64,000 nucleotides of DNA from Balanoglossus misakiensis (Eukaryota > Animalia > Hemichordata), in NCBI GenBank assembly GCA_040954595.2, contig CM082598.2, forward strand, positions 2,823,162 through 2,887,161, given 5' to 3'. Every line of letters begins with the position of its first letter. Within the stretch, counting starts at the first letter, position 1. The notes under the pieces were generated by a model. It was not told where the DNA came from and did not search any database. It worked only from the letters and a program-made list of their open reading frames with translations. Of the stretch, positions 27,156 through 40,300 are shown one piece after another. The position numbers and the translations under genes are program-made.

Positions 27156-28853
27156 ATCTTTCTCTCTCCTGAGCACTCCGTATTCAGAATGTGAACCGCG
27201 ACAAAAAAATGACCAAGTTTCCCTGCATGTTTCTTATACCCGACAGATAAAAAACGCAGCGTAGATATTGAAATGAATTGGATTTTTGAAACTGATAAAA
27301 ATTACAATGATAATGTCGTTAAAAGTTCTCAAAAAAAAGGAAATAGAAAAAAAACTGGTCTCGAACCAACATCAGTTGACACCTTCAGGTAAAAGCCTAG
27401 CCTTCGTGACCCCTTCGCCATCACGATCTGTACTCGAAACAGTCCGAAATTTACCGCACTATATTGCAGCATAACTGCCATGATCTTATTTGCACCGCAG
27501 TGGTGCAAATTCTTATTTGCACCGCAGCGGTGCAAATAAGAGTTTGCACCGCAGCGGTGCGAATAAGAGATCCCTGCCACGATCTGACCGTTCTTTATTC
27601 ACTCCTCGACGACAAAAACGTTTTATTACGGCCCAAATAACGACTTTTTCGCTCCTTGGTTGGTCATGCGGACGGAAAGACACGATTTTAGCGAGTTTAT
27701 CTTTCTCTCTCCTGATGAGCACTCCGTATTCAGACTTGCCAAAGTGAACCGCGACAAAAAAAATGACCAAGTTTCCCTACTGTTTCTTATACCCGACAGA
27801 TAAAAAACGCAGCGTAGATATTGAAATGAATTGGATTTATGAAAATGATAAAAATTACAATGATAATGTCGTTAAAAGTTCTCTAAAAAAAGAAATAGAA
27901 AAAAAAAAAACTGGTCTCGAACCAACATCAGTTGACACCTTCAGGTAAAAGGCTAGCCTTCCTGAACCCTTCGCCATCACGATCTGTACTCGAAACAGTC
28001 CGAAATTTACCGCACTATATTGCAGCATAACTGCCATGATCTTATTTGCACCGCAGTGGTGCAAATTCTTATTTGCACCGCAGCGGTGCAAATAAGAGTT
28101 TGCACCGCAGCGGTGCGAATAAGAGTTCCCTGCCACGATCTGACCGTTCTTTATTCACTCCTCGACGACAAAAACGTTTTATTACGGCCCAAATAACGAC
28201 TTTTTCGCTCCTTGGTTGGTCATGCGGACGGAAAGACACGATTTTAGCGAGTTTATCTTTCTCTCTCCTGATGAGCACTCCGTATTCAGACTTGCCAAAG
28301 TGAACCGCGACAAAAAAAATGACCAAGTTTCCCTACTGTTTCTTATACCCGACAGATAAAAAACGCAGCGTAGATATTGAAATGAATTGGATTTATGAAA
28401 ATGATAAAAATTACAATGATAATGTCGTTAAAAGTTCTCAAAAAAAAAGAAATAGAAAAAAAAACTGGTCTCGAACCAACATCAGTTGACACCTTCAGGT
28501 AAAAAGGCTAGCCTTCCTGAACCCTTCGCCATCACGATCTGTACTCCAAACAGTCCGAAATTTACCGCACTATATTGCAGCATAACTGCCATGATCTTAT
28601 TTGCACCGCAGTGGTGCAAATTCTTATTTGCACCGCAGCGGTGCAAATAAGAGTTTGCTCCGCAGCGGTGCGAATAAGAGTTCCCTGCCACGATCTGACC
28701 GTTCTTTATTCACTCCTCGACGACAAAAACGTTTTATTACGGCCCAAATAACGACTTTTTCGCTCCTTGGTTGGTCATGCGGACGGAAAGACACGACTTT
28801 AGCGAGTTTATCTTTCCCTCTCCTGAGCATTCCGTATTCAGACTTGCCAAAGT
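27156..28853. repeat. Tandem array of three near-identical ~555-bp units, each with a tRNA-like cassette and a triple palindrome
   Basis: Matching positions recur at 27490, 28046 and 28601 (periods 556 and 555). The array begins and ends in a ~35-bp direct repeat (TATCTTTCTCTCTCCTGAGCACTCCGTATTCAGA). Confidence 0.95.
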
Positions 28854-31800
28854 AAAACTAAAAATTAATCGATTGATTATATATCAAACTCGTTGTGACG
28901 TTTTATTTTAAGTACCTGTATAGGTGATGAATTCACGTAGCTAGCTGCTTTTTAATATAACAGTCAGATCGATATTCGTCTCGAGCTCATATAAATCCTG
29001 AATTATGACTCCAGGGCACATTTGACCTTTAACACATACTGGCAAGGTGATGTTCATTGGCGTAATACGACTTTTGCATGGGTACCGTCGTCATGCAACT
29101 TCGGACTACTATTTTTGTCACTAATCGTGTACGGGCATGTCAGCGGGTGCTGAATCATAAAGAGAGAACTCGGATTACCGTGGTAACATTTTTCCTGTTA
29201 CGCGACGATTTTAAAGCTATATATACAGAATATACACGCGTCTTTTTCTCAGAATAGATCTGTCAGTTGGGTGGGATGTGGTGGGGGTTACGCGGAAAAC
29301 AGTACAGTGTTCTGCATGTTGCTATGATGTTGTGCTGTGCTGTGCTGTGCTGTTATGATGGGCGTGTGTTCGCCCCTAGGCCGGCATAGCCATGCTTCCC
29401 TTGACCAGAGTCGTGACAGGACGTGCACAGCATAGCAATGTCTGTATGCGGGTAGGTCACTGAGAAGACCCGGATATTAGACTTGACTACAGTGCCTTGC
29501 CACATGCTCATATTATATGCATACTCGTTCATGGCTTACGAGCATCCTTGAAAAGCAAATGTCCTCTTTTGTGGAGAAAAAAATCGAAAATACTGGAAAA
29601 TGTGCTATTGCGGTGGAGTGGTAGGCTAAATTCGAATCATAACATACAGTAGATCTGTTATCTCCATAATACATCATCTAAACATTAAGTTGGGACTGCC
29701 ATGGATGTACCATGGTTCAGCTTCGCTTCCATTGTCGGGATAGTTAGCTGTTTTCGCGTGTCCTCCTGTGGTATTAAAGGACTTGGCAAGGTCAAATACA
29801 TTCATATCAATGAACAACAGCGCTCAATAGTCCTGTTATGTAGCCAAAGCTAAATTCGATTTCGCTGAATTGTAAACACCACGGCCTTTAGGCTCGGTGG
29901 TGGACAATAGCGCATATAGTGTTATTATATAACTTGGACGATTCAGCCATCAACAATTCTATCATCGACTCAATCATGGTCCATGGAGCAACCACAACAG
30001 TGATGTGACATTCACGCCCACACTGTGGGCATCGAAGACGATTTCTTGTGTTGCCGTTTTTACTGGTTTTAATAGACATACATGTGTAACATCGTGCCAA
30101 CATTGTCCATAACTATTGTGGCCTTGAACATCACGCCACCTCTCCCCTTCCCTTCCCCCTCCCACCCCACCCCCAATCGCTTTTGACGAAAACAACACCA
30201 CACGTGACGTTGCACATGACAACGTCATTGCGTATTAGACCTTTAAACCAGTTCTGCATAATCGCGGAGGCTCGCCACCACACCCCCGGCGCTGATTGGT
30301 CGACAGGGACAACGCCTTCCATTCGCGCGTTCTGATTCGTTCCTTCCGTCACATGGTGCGGGCCTTTGTCAAACGTATGTGTTGCGGACGACAAACTCCA
30401 ATCCGTATTCTCTCACTGGGTCGGAACGGAACAGGTAAGCGCTTAAAACACGCATCGATTTTTAGCCAGTTGACCGTTTGATTATTAAATGTTCGTGTCA
30501 TATGTAGAAGACTTAGTCCATCATCATAAAATCTCACTCTTATCATTTTTTATCGTTGGAATTTCACAAAATCACCACCGATCACTGGCTTAAGGACTGG
30601 AGGCCACTTCTATGTAATGTTGTTTACATCGCCCATATACCCTGATTATGCATCGCTCTATCTTTGAGGCAACGTATATCTCGTCTCTTAAAGAGATATC
30701 AAATCATATGTATATTTCGATTCGACCAAAGGACTGTGTATATCATTACAAGGGATATATACGGGCATCCAGCTGAATTCGACAAAGATACTGCTTTCGT
30801 CGTCTTTGAATAAATTGTGGATGTCAAATTCACTGGTGGAAAAAAAAAAACAGTTTAAAGATGACCTCCAATGATTTTACCATGCGAAAATGGCAGTTTT
30901 ACAAATCAATTTTTTTGATAATACATTAAGCGATTCAGATCTGACTTAGTCGCCTACCATTAGGTCTTTTGTCAGACACAGCAAAATTATCACAATTGAT
31001 GAGTATGCAATAAATAAAGGTGTTTTTCCAGTATGCGGTAAGGATCATTTGCATAAAGTCATTATATGTATATTCAATTGTCTATCGTGTTTTCGGATGG
31101 ATTCGTGAAAAATCTAGCACAGTCAGCATTTTTTGTGTGCGCTTTAATATACATTTTTGAAGTAGGCCCTATTTGAGACCGATTTGATAAAATTTGGAGT
31201 AAATCGCTCAAGCGTGTTTTTTTTCCTTTTGTGACAATTTTTTTTCTTCGTTGATACATGTAAATTTGACATTTTAAGGGCTGGGTGACCGTCGTTTCAT
31301 TTTACACGACAAAGCCAACGACTTTCATAGTAATGCAGGCGACTTGTGTATATTGAAAAATTTGACAGTCTTGAGTTTGGAAAGTATTGCATCAATTCTG
31401 TTTACTGAATTGGTAATATAACTGTTTTTAATCCCTTCATAGAACTCATGAATATTCATGATATTTCCCCTTACAAAATGGTGACGCAATCACGACAATT
31501 GAATTAACGCAATGCGTCATTGCAATTGAATGGTATTTTTTTCACATTGTGAGGGTTCATTTTTAGAAACGAAACGCGGAAGTTTTTTTTCTCGCACTTT
31601 CATAATTTATTTATAACTGAACCCAGAAAACATCATCGTTGTCTTTCTTTGATGACATACTTTGCATACAATGCCAATGAGGGCGCGGGTCTAGGCAGAA
31701 CAGGTCATTCGGATCGCGTGATAAGATTTTCTCACTCGCCAGAGTTTGTTTGCTCTTTGTGGTAGAGTTCATTCGGCGGATCACCCGGAAAGAAAATGGG

Positions 31801-32888
31801 GGCTATAAAATGCTGTCACTATCGACGAGAGTTTTAAGTTCGACAGTTCGGCAACAGAATGCCGCGTGGCAGTCACATGACTAATCGCCGATGTCATCTG
31901 ACACCGCGTGACCAATGAAAATTTGAGTAGGTGGCGATGCGCCATATGATATCGTAAATATTCTACAGAATCAGTAAATGTAAATTTTAATGTAAACAGC
32001 AACAGCCGGATCGACCCGCTGTTTCATGATTCAGCAAATCTGTGTGTGTCACGTGGCATAAACAACGCCCACATTATTCACGCGACCGCCCCCGGGGGTT
32101 ATACTCCTATGCGGGTATGTACCGCCCGACGGGGGTCCACTTTTCAAGCGAGATTTACCAAGAAGTGGCCGGGTGGTTATTTTCGGCTCTGGTTCAGAAA
32201 CGAGTTACGTTCGGACATGTTCTCCTCTCTGTGCACGACAGTGGAAATCAATAAACTCGCCCGCTCTGAGTTGACTTCAAGTATATATTGCAAGAATTTG
32301 TATTAAGTCTCATGCATTTTTTATTTCAGATATAAATTAATGGCCAAGGGGAAATCACGACCAAACGCTTCACTTTTCAGTCACGTGATCTGTTTCTCTA
32401 ACAGTATACGACAGTTAATCGTCATAAGTAACCATAGTAATTACTATAGTGAAGACGATTTTAGGGAAAGAAGTTAATTCTAGACAAGATCGACAATATA
32501 TTTTATCAAGTAAGTAATCTATGCCGAGTTTCTTGGTCATTTGGAGATTTACAGATTATAGAAAGAAAACGAATGATTTTCATGATACCTCGACAATGTG
32601 GGCGAGAGGACCCCCGTATTACTAGTTAAAAGTACAGGTACCGAAATAACATGGTACCCCTGAAACGGATGTACAACGTAACACATAATCGAAGGTTAAT
32701 TAATATTCATTTGCTCTGCAAGAACTTCGATGGTGCCAGCTTTTTTCATACCCAGTAATCACGAGTTGTTGGTCAAGTCAAAGTCAACATACTCGTATGG
32801 AATTCAATATGATTTATATTTTCATTTTTGTGACCCTATATTACAGGAAGATATTTTCCAGTTTTATCCCCCAAAAAATCTCATCAAA

Positions 32889-35332
32889 ATGGTCGGATTC
32901 AAACCAGTCGACGTCCAACCAACCTTGCCCATCAAGTTTATTAGTGCTGGGACTGCCGCTTCAATGGCTGACATTGTTACTTTTCCATTGGACACTGCCA
33001 AAGTGAGGCTACAGGTGAGAATGTATTCCGTTTTCTGATTGGCCAGTTATTGAAACCGGCTTTATTGATTGGTCAACAGTATCTAGTGTACGTAGCAGAA
33101 CAGAGTGGACGAATTCGTTTCAGTTATAGGTGTAGGGAAAAAGTTGAATACAGATTTTAGATGGCGTCAACTGTTGCCTCGACCCTCGTTCGCAGATGAT
33201 ACCTGCGATGATAAATCTTAACTTTGGCCTTTCTCGATCTCAGACTGAAGTGATGATCATCCGTGTCATGGCAACCTGGCGCGTTGCACAAGCTGGTGTG
33301 TCGATGTCAACCGGTTGATCTGACAGGTTCAATTTTATGAGAATCGCTTTTACTGCTGTTTGTCGAGACATTTTGAGTTCTATACTTATTAATTAGACTG
33401 TACAAATTATCGATAAATTGATAGCAAAGTCACGTAGAAATCTTGATGCTTTGTTTGAACTGACCAGGTAAGTTTTTTCGGCCCCCATTTTATGGAAACC
33501 ACTGACACTTTGCTTCTTTCCGATTTCTTTACTTTCTTAGGTGAAACACAATGATTATTGTCACTATATAAATTTAGTGATACACAGACAAGCAGTTTCC
33601 ATGACTACCTCACTATTCTAACGGACTGGGCTGTGGTGATACCTATATATATGGATCGGTGATGTCCTTTGGATTAGGCCGTGGGCCGCAATTTTACCCC
33701 CAAATACTTTTCTTCTCGATTTTAGATCCAAGGCGAAGCGCCGGGGATCAAAAAGGGTAACAATGCTATTTCGAGCAAGGCAAGGGCAGCGGGCAATGTC
33801 AAATACCGCGGGATGTTCGGCACGATCCTGACCATCTCCAGGCAGGAAGGTGCGAGGGCGTTGTACAATGGTCTTATCGCTGGTCTGCAGCGTCAGATGA
33901 GCTTTGCTTCAGTCCGTATTGGTCTGTACGACCCTGTCAAACAGCTTTACCAGAACGCCACTCAGCAAGGTGGGATTCTGTTTCATAAAACTCCATTTTT
34001 GCTTGCAATTGTTTCGTTAAAAAATGGTAATTTCATTAAAGTTTCTCAGTAAAACATCATTGTTGGCTCTGGTGCTAGAGTGAATGGTCCGTCGAATACT
34101 GGGCGAACAGTATTGTCCAGTATTCCAACATTTTAACCCCCCTCCACATGACAAAAATTAACTTGAAATTGTCGATTTTATTTTTCTAGTTCTCCCAGCT
34201 GGAAGTGTTGTGACTAGGATCATGGCCGGAGTAACTACAGGCGCCATGGCGGTGTCGCTAGCCCAGCCCACAGATGTGGTCAAAGTGAGGCTTCAAGCAC
34301 AGAGTAATGTCAACGGGTCTGTGGCAAGATACACAGGCGCTATTCACGCTTACAAGACCATCGGGCGCGAGGAAGGGATGCGAGGCTTATGGAAAGGTGA
34401 GTGGCGTATCCTATTAACGAAGAGGAATTCTGAGTACAGTGTTTCCGATAAAACTCTGCCTATCGATTGAAACTTGAATAAGTTGCATGTACTAAGTAAG
34501 TTAGGTGTGTTAGTCTCTTCAACCACGTAAGGTAATACGCTTTTTTATTACATACAAAAAACACACAATCACATCTGACAAAATCTCATTCTTTTGACAG
34601 GGTGTCTACCAAACATAACCCGCAACAGCGTCGTCAACGCAACGGAATTGGTCTGCTATGACTTGGTCAAAGAGAAGATACTGAAACTCGGGCTGCTCTC
34701 GGACAATCTGCCTTGCCACTTCACCTCGGCAATCAGCGCAGGTTTTGTAACCACCTGCGTGGCGTCGCCCGTGGACGTGGTCAAGACTCGCTTCATGAAC
34801 TCCAGAAAGGGCCAATACAAGGGCGCACTGGACTGCGCGGTCAGGATGTTTAAGGAAGGAGGACCCAAGGCTTTCTATAAAGGGTGAGCGTTTCACTGTG
34901 TAATACTTCCACACCAGCCGGGCATGCGCATTAACTTGAATTTGTGCATGCTGTCTTTTACGGAGTCGCCATACGCAGACGGTATAACTTTAAGAAAAGT
35001 AAAGAAAAAAAGGGAAGAGAATGGTCACTATGCTTAGAATGTTATATTTTAAAGTGTTTATTGCTTTATAGGTTTGGTCAACAATTCAGTTCGAATATAA
35101 CAGATTTTATCCTACACTATTTATTATCGCTAAGTTGGTTCCTACTACATGTACTTTTACTAGCAGAGCTTCTGTATTAAATCACTCGCATTTTTTTGTC
35201 TCTCAAAGGTTCGTTCCCTCGTTTACCAGGCTGGGTTCGTGGAACGTGTTCATGTTCGTGTTCTACGAGCAACTGAAGCGGGGTTTCACGCACGCATCGA
35301 TAGCGTACGACAACAGAAAAAATACCCTGTGA
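32889..35332 (+). CDS. UCP2: Mitochondrial uncoupling protein, UCP2/UCP3-like (SLC25 carrier)
   Basis: Exons 32889-33014, 33726-33969, 34190(or 34199)-34396, 34601-34883 and 35209-35332. Start [12 protein letters not shown]; three carrier signatures [20 protein letters not shown] and [10 protein letters not shown]; plus [13 protein letters not shown] and RLGSWN. Probably co-orthologous to UCP1/2/3. Confidence 0.93.
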
Positions 35333-37117
35333 GTCCTGGTTGTGGACCGAACTCCTCGTCCGTTCCGGCCACCAGTGGGAGTGAACCGGATACCCGTAAT
35401 GGCGCACAAGGAGCTCGTGCGCTTGCAAGTTCGGCTTCGACTGCGCTTTACCAAGATTTTCCTTGTAGTCAAACAAACCCTCAATTTTGTATTACTTATT
35501 TAACTGCAACATTGTTTTTAGCTGAAAGGAAAATGGGAGATATTCTTGTTTGTCTATTTTAGTTTGAAATCTTTGAAATCCTAAAAGCGCACCATGGCCT
35601 AATAGATTAGGCTAGTAACAGTTCCAAGATTTAGAGAAAAACACTAGTCGCAATGAAATAAAAAGATTTACAGATAATTAGTATTATTTACACATGACAC
35701 GTGACTTGTTTATTGTACCGCACATTCTGATAACACGAGTTTGTCATCTGTGAAGTTTCCTCATGTTCATAGACGGCTGATTTCGGTACGATCCAGATAA
35801 ACTTCAGGGCATAGGCTGAGACGGTTTATGATGTAAAATCTTGCAGGAGCATTTATAACACACGCAGACATACACGAAACTACACCTATTACCGTCGTCT
35901 TGTTAGAGTGTCATAGATACTGCCATAACATTTTGATTTAGTTTTGTCATTTTTTGGGCAATGTCAACTCACAAACTTATAAATATGTTTATGATTTTCT
36001 AGAGTAGGTTTGTTCAAGTTTGTTGTCTGTCCTCACTATTTTAGTACACGAAAATTGATTTTATTTGAGTCTGAGAGAATGACGCACTCTGATTGGGCCA
36101 TATCCACTGACGTAACAACCGAACTTTTCTTACTCAGGTTTATAACATTTACGCATGCGTGGCGACATTGAAGTTTTTGAATGTCATATCAACTTTTAAA
36201 TTATAACACTGGGCAAATGGTATAAATGTAGTGATTTTATTCATTGTTTTGCGTCATGTACCAGTGTGTACTACATTTTTCTCTCCAGAAAATGTATATT
36301 TATCGAAATAACTTTTATAGACCCTGGCGCTGAAGTGTCTTGGGGTCGCAGAAATCTGTAGAAGATTCTTTTTACGCGAACATCTAACTTTTTGCTGTAA
36401 ATAATGTAAATATATATGCCATATCTTTCTTTATGATTACTTCGCAGGACAAAAATGTCTTATAGTAAAGATTATATCTTGCTCAACTTAAGAGTGTTTC
36501 TCGTTGTTTATTGCGTTCTGATCCTGCGTGTGTGTGTGAAATCGAGAATGATTCGTGTTTAATTATGTGAAAACTGCTTTGGCCTATATAAACGCGCCAC
36601 CAACGACGGTCAACGGTTTCTCTCGTTCCACTTTGTAACCTCTAGTGACCTCTTCGGACAGAGTGCCTGTTTCTTCTTTTGTTTTTATTCTGATGAAACT
36701 TTATAGTCACAGAAACAGCAATCTGGCAAACCAACGACTGATCTATGCTTTTATGAATTTTATCGTTGTGTGCATATAAGACAGACATGTTAACCACCCC
36801 TATATCATAATAGAATATACCATGTGAGACATAATGAACTTTCTATTTAGAGTATTACACTACTGCACACTGTTAAAACGAGGTCGACTTATATATTCAG
36901 GGTGTGTGTTGAATGTATCGTGTTTTTCCTCTACTCGTGGTGAAGCTACGACAAACTGGGTAAGTTGGGGTTTTTGTCAAACCAGTGACAGTTTTACAAC
37001 ACTATATTGGATGTGACAGACAGCCATTACATTCACTGAGTTGATCTTTGAAATTAAATGACCTTGTACACTATGAACACAGCATGAACTGTGTAAATAA
37101 TCTGCCCTAGTTTTGCG

Positions 37118-37294
<177 letters not shown>

Positions 37295-37340
37295 TATGCA
37301 TGTGTTTTATTGTTCATAGCCACAAGCTCACCACTGAAAC

Positions 37341-40300
37341 ATGGCCGTCACAACACACTCTGCAACCAATCCAGCCACTCTTCCACCTGATGTCAGCAAT
37401 GATATCAATGACTACATTCAGGTAATATTTCTCTCTCTCTTTACTTTACTTTACGCCTGTTTTCATGACAATAAGCAGGGTTTTTTTAGCGACTGTTTTG
37501 GTGAAAGATGGCTGGCATAATGCTAGTCACTTGTCATAATTATTATAACCTTGGGTGTGTGTCAGCTTTTCGTTTCCTGAATTTGACTAATGATGAATAA
37601 ATAAGCAACTATTAAAATTAATGAAGCTAAATATAAAGCATTGGGTTTTATTGCGATACATAGTTAAACTAGCCCGTTAGAGTATGCAGTAGGTATTATA
37701 TGAACAACATGTTGGTTATATTTTCATAATTTTCACTTGGGTCTAAATACCCAGTATTTTCTGTGAGATAGCAAAGCTTTTGCAAAACGTTTGACCCCTG
37801 ACCTTTTCAGAGACTCCACAGTCCTTTTTGGGTCAAAGGTCACAGTCATCCTCTCTGCCACAGTCAGTGTGGGTCCTATATGACACACTATTGGTACTTA
37901 CATTTAAAAGTTACCAAGTATCTTGTAACTGAGTGATATAGTTTCCGAAAAAGTAGTAAAGGAATTTTTTCGCTTAGAAAGGTACTGTTTAATAATGATT
38001 TACCCTTTTTTGACAGGATCTCAATATTCATCAAGCCTATAAAATGTTTGTAGTCTGGGATTATTTAGCGTTAATAGTGTACTTTATCCTGGTGGTTGGA
38101 GTTGGAATATGGGTGAGTACTTGTTTATTTTCCTTTATGTTTTTTGACCAGCCTAAATGTGACAGCTGTTTTATTTTTAATACCCTCACTACAAATTTTG
38201 ATCCAGGATTTGTCAACATATAACAATTTCCTTTTCAAATTTTGAATTTTTATGGAGATTTTTATTCTCTCTCTCTTTTTGCATGTTACACTTACAGTCA
38301 ATGAAAGGCCATGACAGATCAAATGTCTCTGGTTATTTCCTGGCCGGTAAAAACATGATATGGTTCATGGTGAGTATGTTAACATGGTATGTTTCACATT
38401 AATTATGTGCAACAGATCATTGACCTTATCAGTATGCATGTGGTATATGACATTTAACAATTCAAATGAGTGAAGAAATTATTTAAAAATTTGAATGTCA
38501 CATTTAATTTATTTGACAATTCAAATTATGCAAAATTCTGCATGAGCTAGCTGTATATGGAAAGCGTCACAGAAATTTTTTTTTTAATATTAACTTGAAA
38601 TTATTTGGGAATGTTGACTAATTGTGTTATAGTAACAAATAATGAAGTATAAGTGAATTTGTATGACAAAAATGGTAAAGTATGTAGAAACACATGTACC
38701 CATACTGACCCATCAAACAAGAATAATAAACATTTTTTTCTTGTGTCTATGTCAAATATTATAAATTGACTTGATTTTGGTTTAAATTATCTTCATATAG
38801 GTCGGTGGATCCTTATTTTCCAGTAATATTGGCAGCGAGCACTTTGTTGGTTTGGCTGGATCTGGGGCAGCCACTGGAATTGGTATCGGAGCATATGAAC
38901 TCAATGTGAGTCAGATAATATTGGCCTGTAATAAAAAGAAGTAATTATAAGACCAAAATAAAACTCATTATGCATGTCCTGTAACATGTCCTTCTGAAAC
39001 AGGGCAGATCTGTCTGCCAAAGGTAGTGACAGATAAAAACTATTGCATATTTATAGAAATGTGCATATTTTAATTTTCCATGAACCTTGAAAAGTATTAT
39101 TATATTCCAGCTCATTGTATTGATACAGAACAATTTTATTGAAACACCAATTCTTGGTTTGGTTGATCGTAAATATATATAATTATGAATTTTTGATTCT
39201 GTCTTTCAAATCTAATTAAAACAGAACACCCATATGATAATGAGCAGAGAGATATTTGGTGTATATTTAGAAGTTTACAATGACACAGCATAAAAAATAT
39301 TCCACTCTAAATATTTGTATTTTTCTGCAGGCTATGTATTTGCTACAGCTCTTAGGATGGGTGTTCTTGCCAGTGTATATTGCAGGATTTGTAAGTTTTA
39401 CACATTTTACATCATGGGTGACTTGTAGATTTTGTGAATATCTTGCCACATACCTTCATTCATACATTAACTCACTCACTCACTCACTCATTCACTCACT
39501 CATTCACTCTCTCAGTCATAACATCCCTCTTTCCTCGTTCGTTCGTTCGTTCATTCATTCATTCATTCATTCATTTAACTTGCAAATGGCAATGATTAAA
39601 CTGATAACATGAATTTTCCAATGTATGAGAGATACTGAGAGAGAGGTGAGATTATCAGCATAAGTTTTAGCAACTGAATTACCATTTGGACCAAACCATG
39701 GTGATGAAAATACGAATATTTTTTCAGTGCTACACTATGCCCGAGTACTTGAAGAAAAGATTTGGTGGCCAAAGGATACGAACCTACATAGCTTGTCTGT
39801 CTCTGGTCCTCTACGTACTTGTGAAAATATCGGTGAGTTGAATAATGAACGTCAGTCAGTATAATTGCTTTCTGTTGATATTTTTAAGAAGTTTTAAGTA
39901 ATAAATAAATAGGATTGATGCAGTTTGGCTTGAACTTGCAGTATGCAGTAAATGATCTTGACAATGAAGCTGATGTGTTCTGTAGAATGAAATATTTCAC
40001 TTCTTTTTTCCAACAGGTTGATATTTACTCAGCCTCATTATTTATTCAAGTTGTGATTGGCTGGAACCTTTATGCCTCTGTAGCTGCCATATTGGTTCTT
40101 ACAGCAATATACGCTGTCACTGGTAGGTACATGTACTACTGTGTGTGCTAGCCTTGCCATCAAAATATATTCACCTAATTTCTCTATATTGCCAGGAGCA
40201 TAGTTTTATATTGTACACTACAGCAAGCAGAGATGTAACTTTCTGTATTGTACAATGTGCAGAGTCGACCCATAAGTATGCAAATTTTAGACACACACAC

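Noticed and set aside
27712-27760. Hammerhead ribozyme (retrozyme) at unit junctions, suggested by CTGATGAG
   Set aside because: The required GAAA core reads CAAA, and no stem III/UH or stem I partner could be formed.
27484-28680. CRISPR-like array of palindromic repeats
   Set aside because: The repeats abut with no unique spacers, the intervening sequence is identical between units, there are no cas genes, and the context is eukaryotic.
27329-28855. Repeated 70-93 aa ORFs (HRSGAN/HRCGAN repeats)
   Set aside because: Translation artefacts of the palindromic repeat on both strands, broken by homopolymer length differences.
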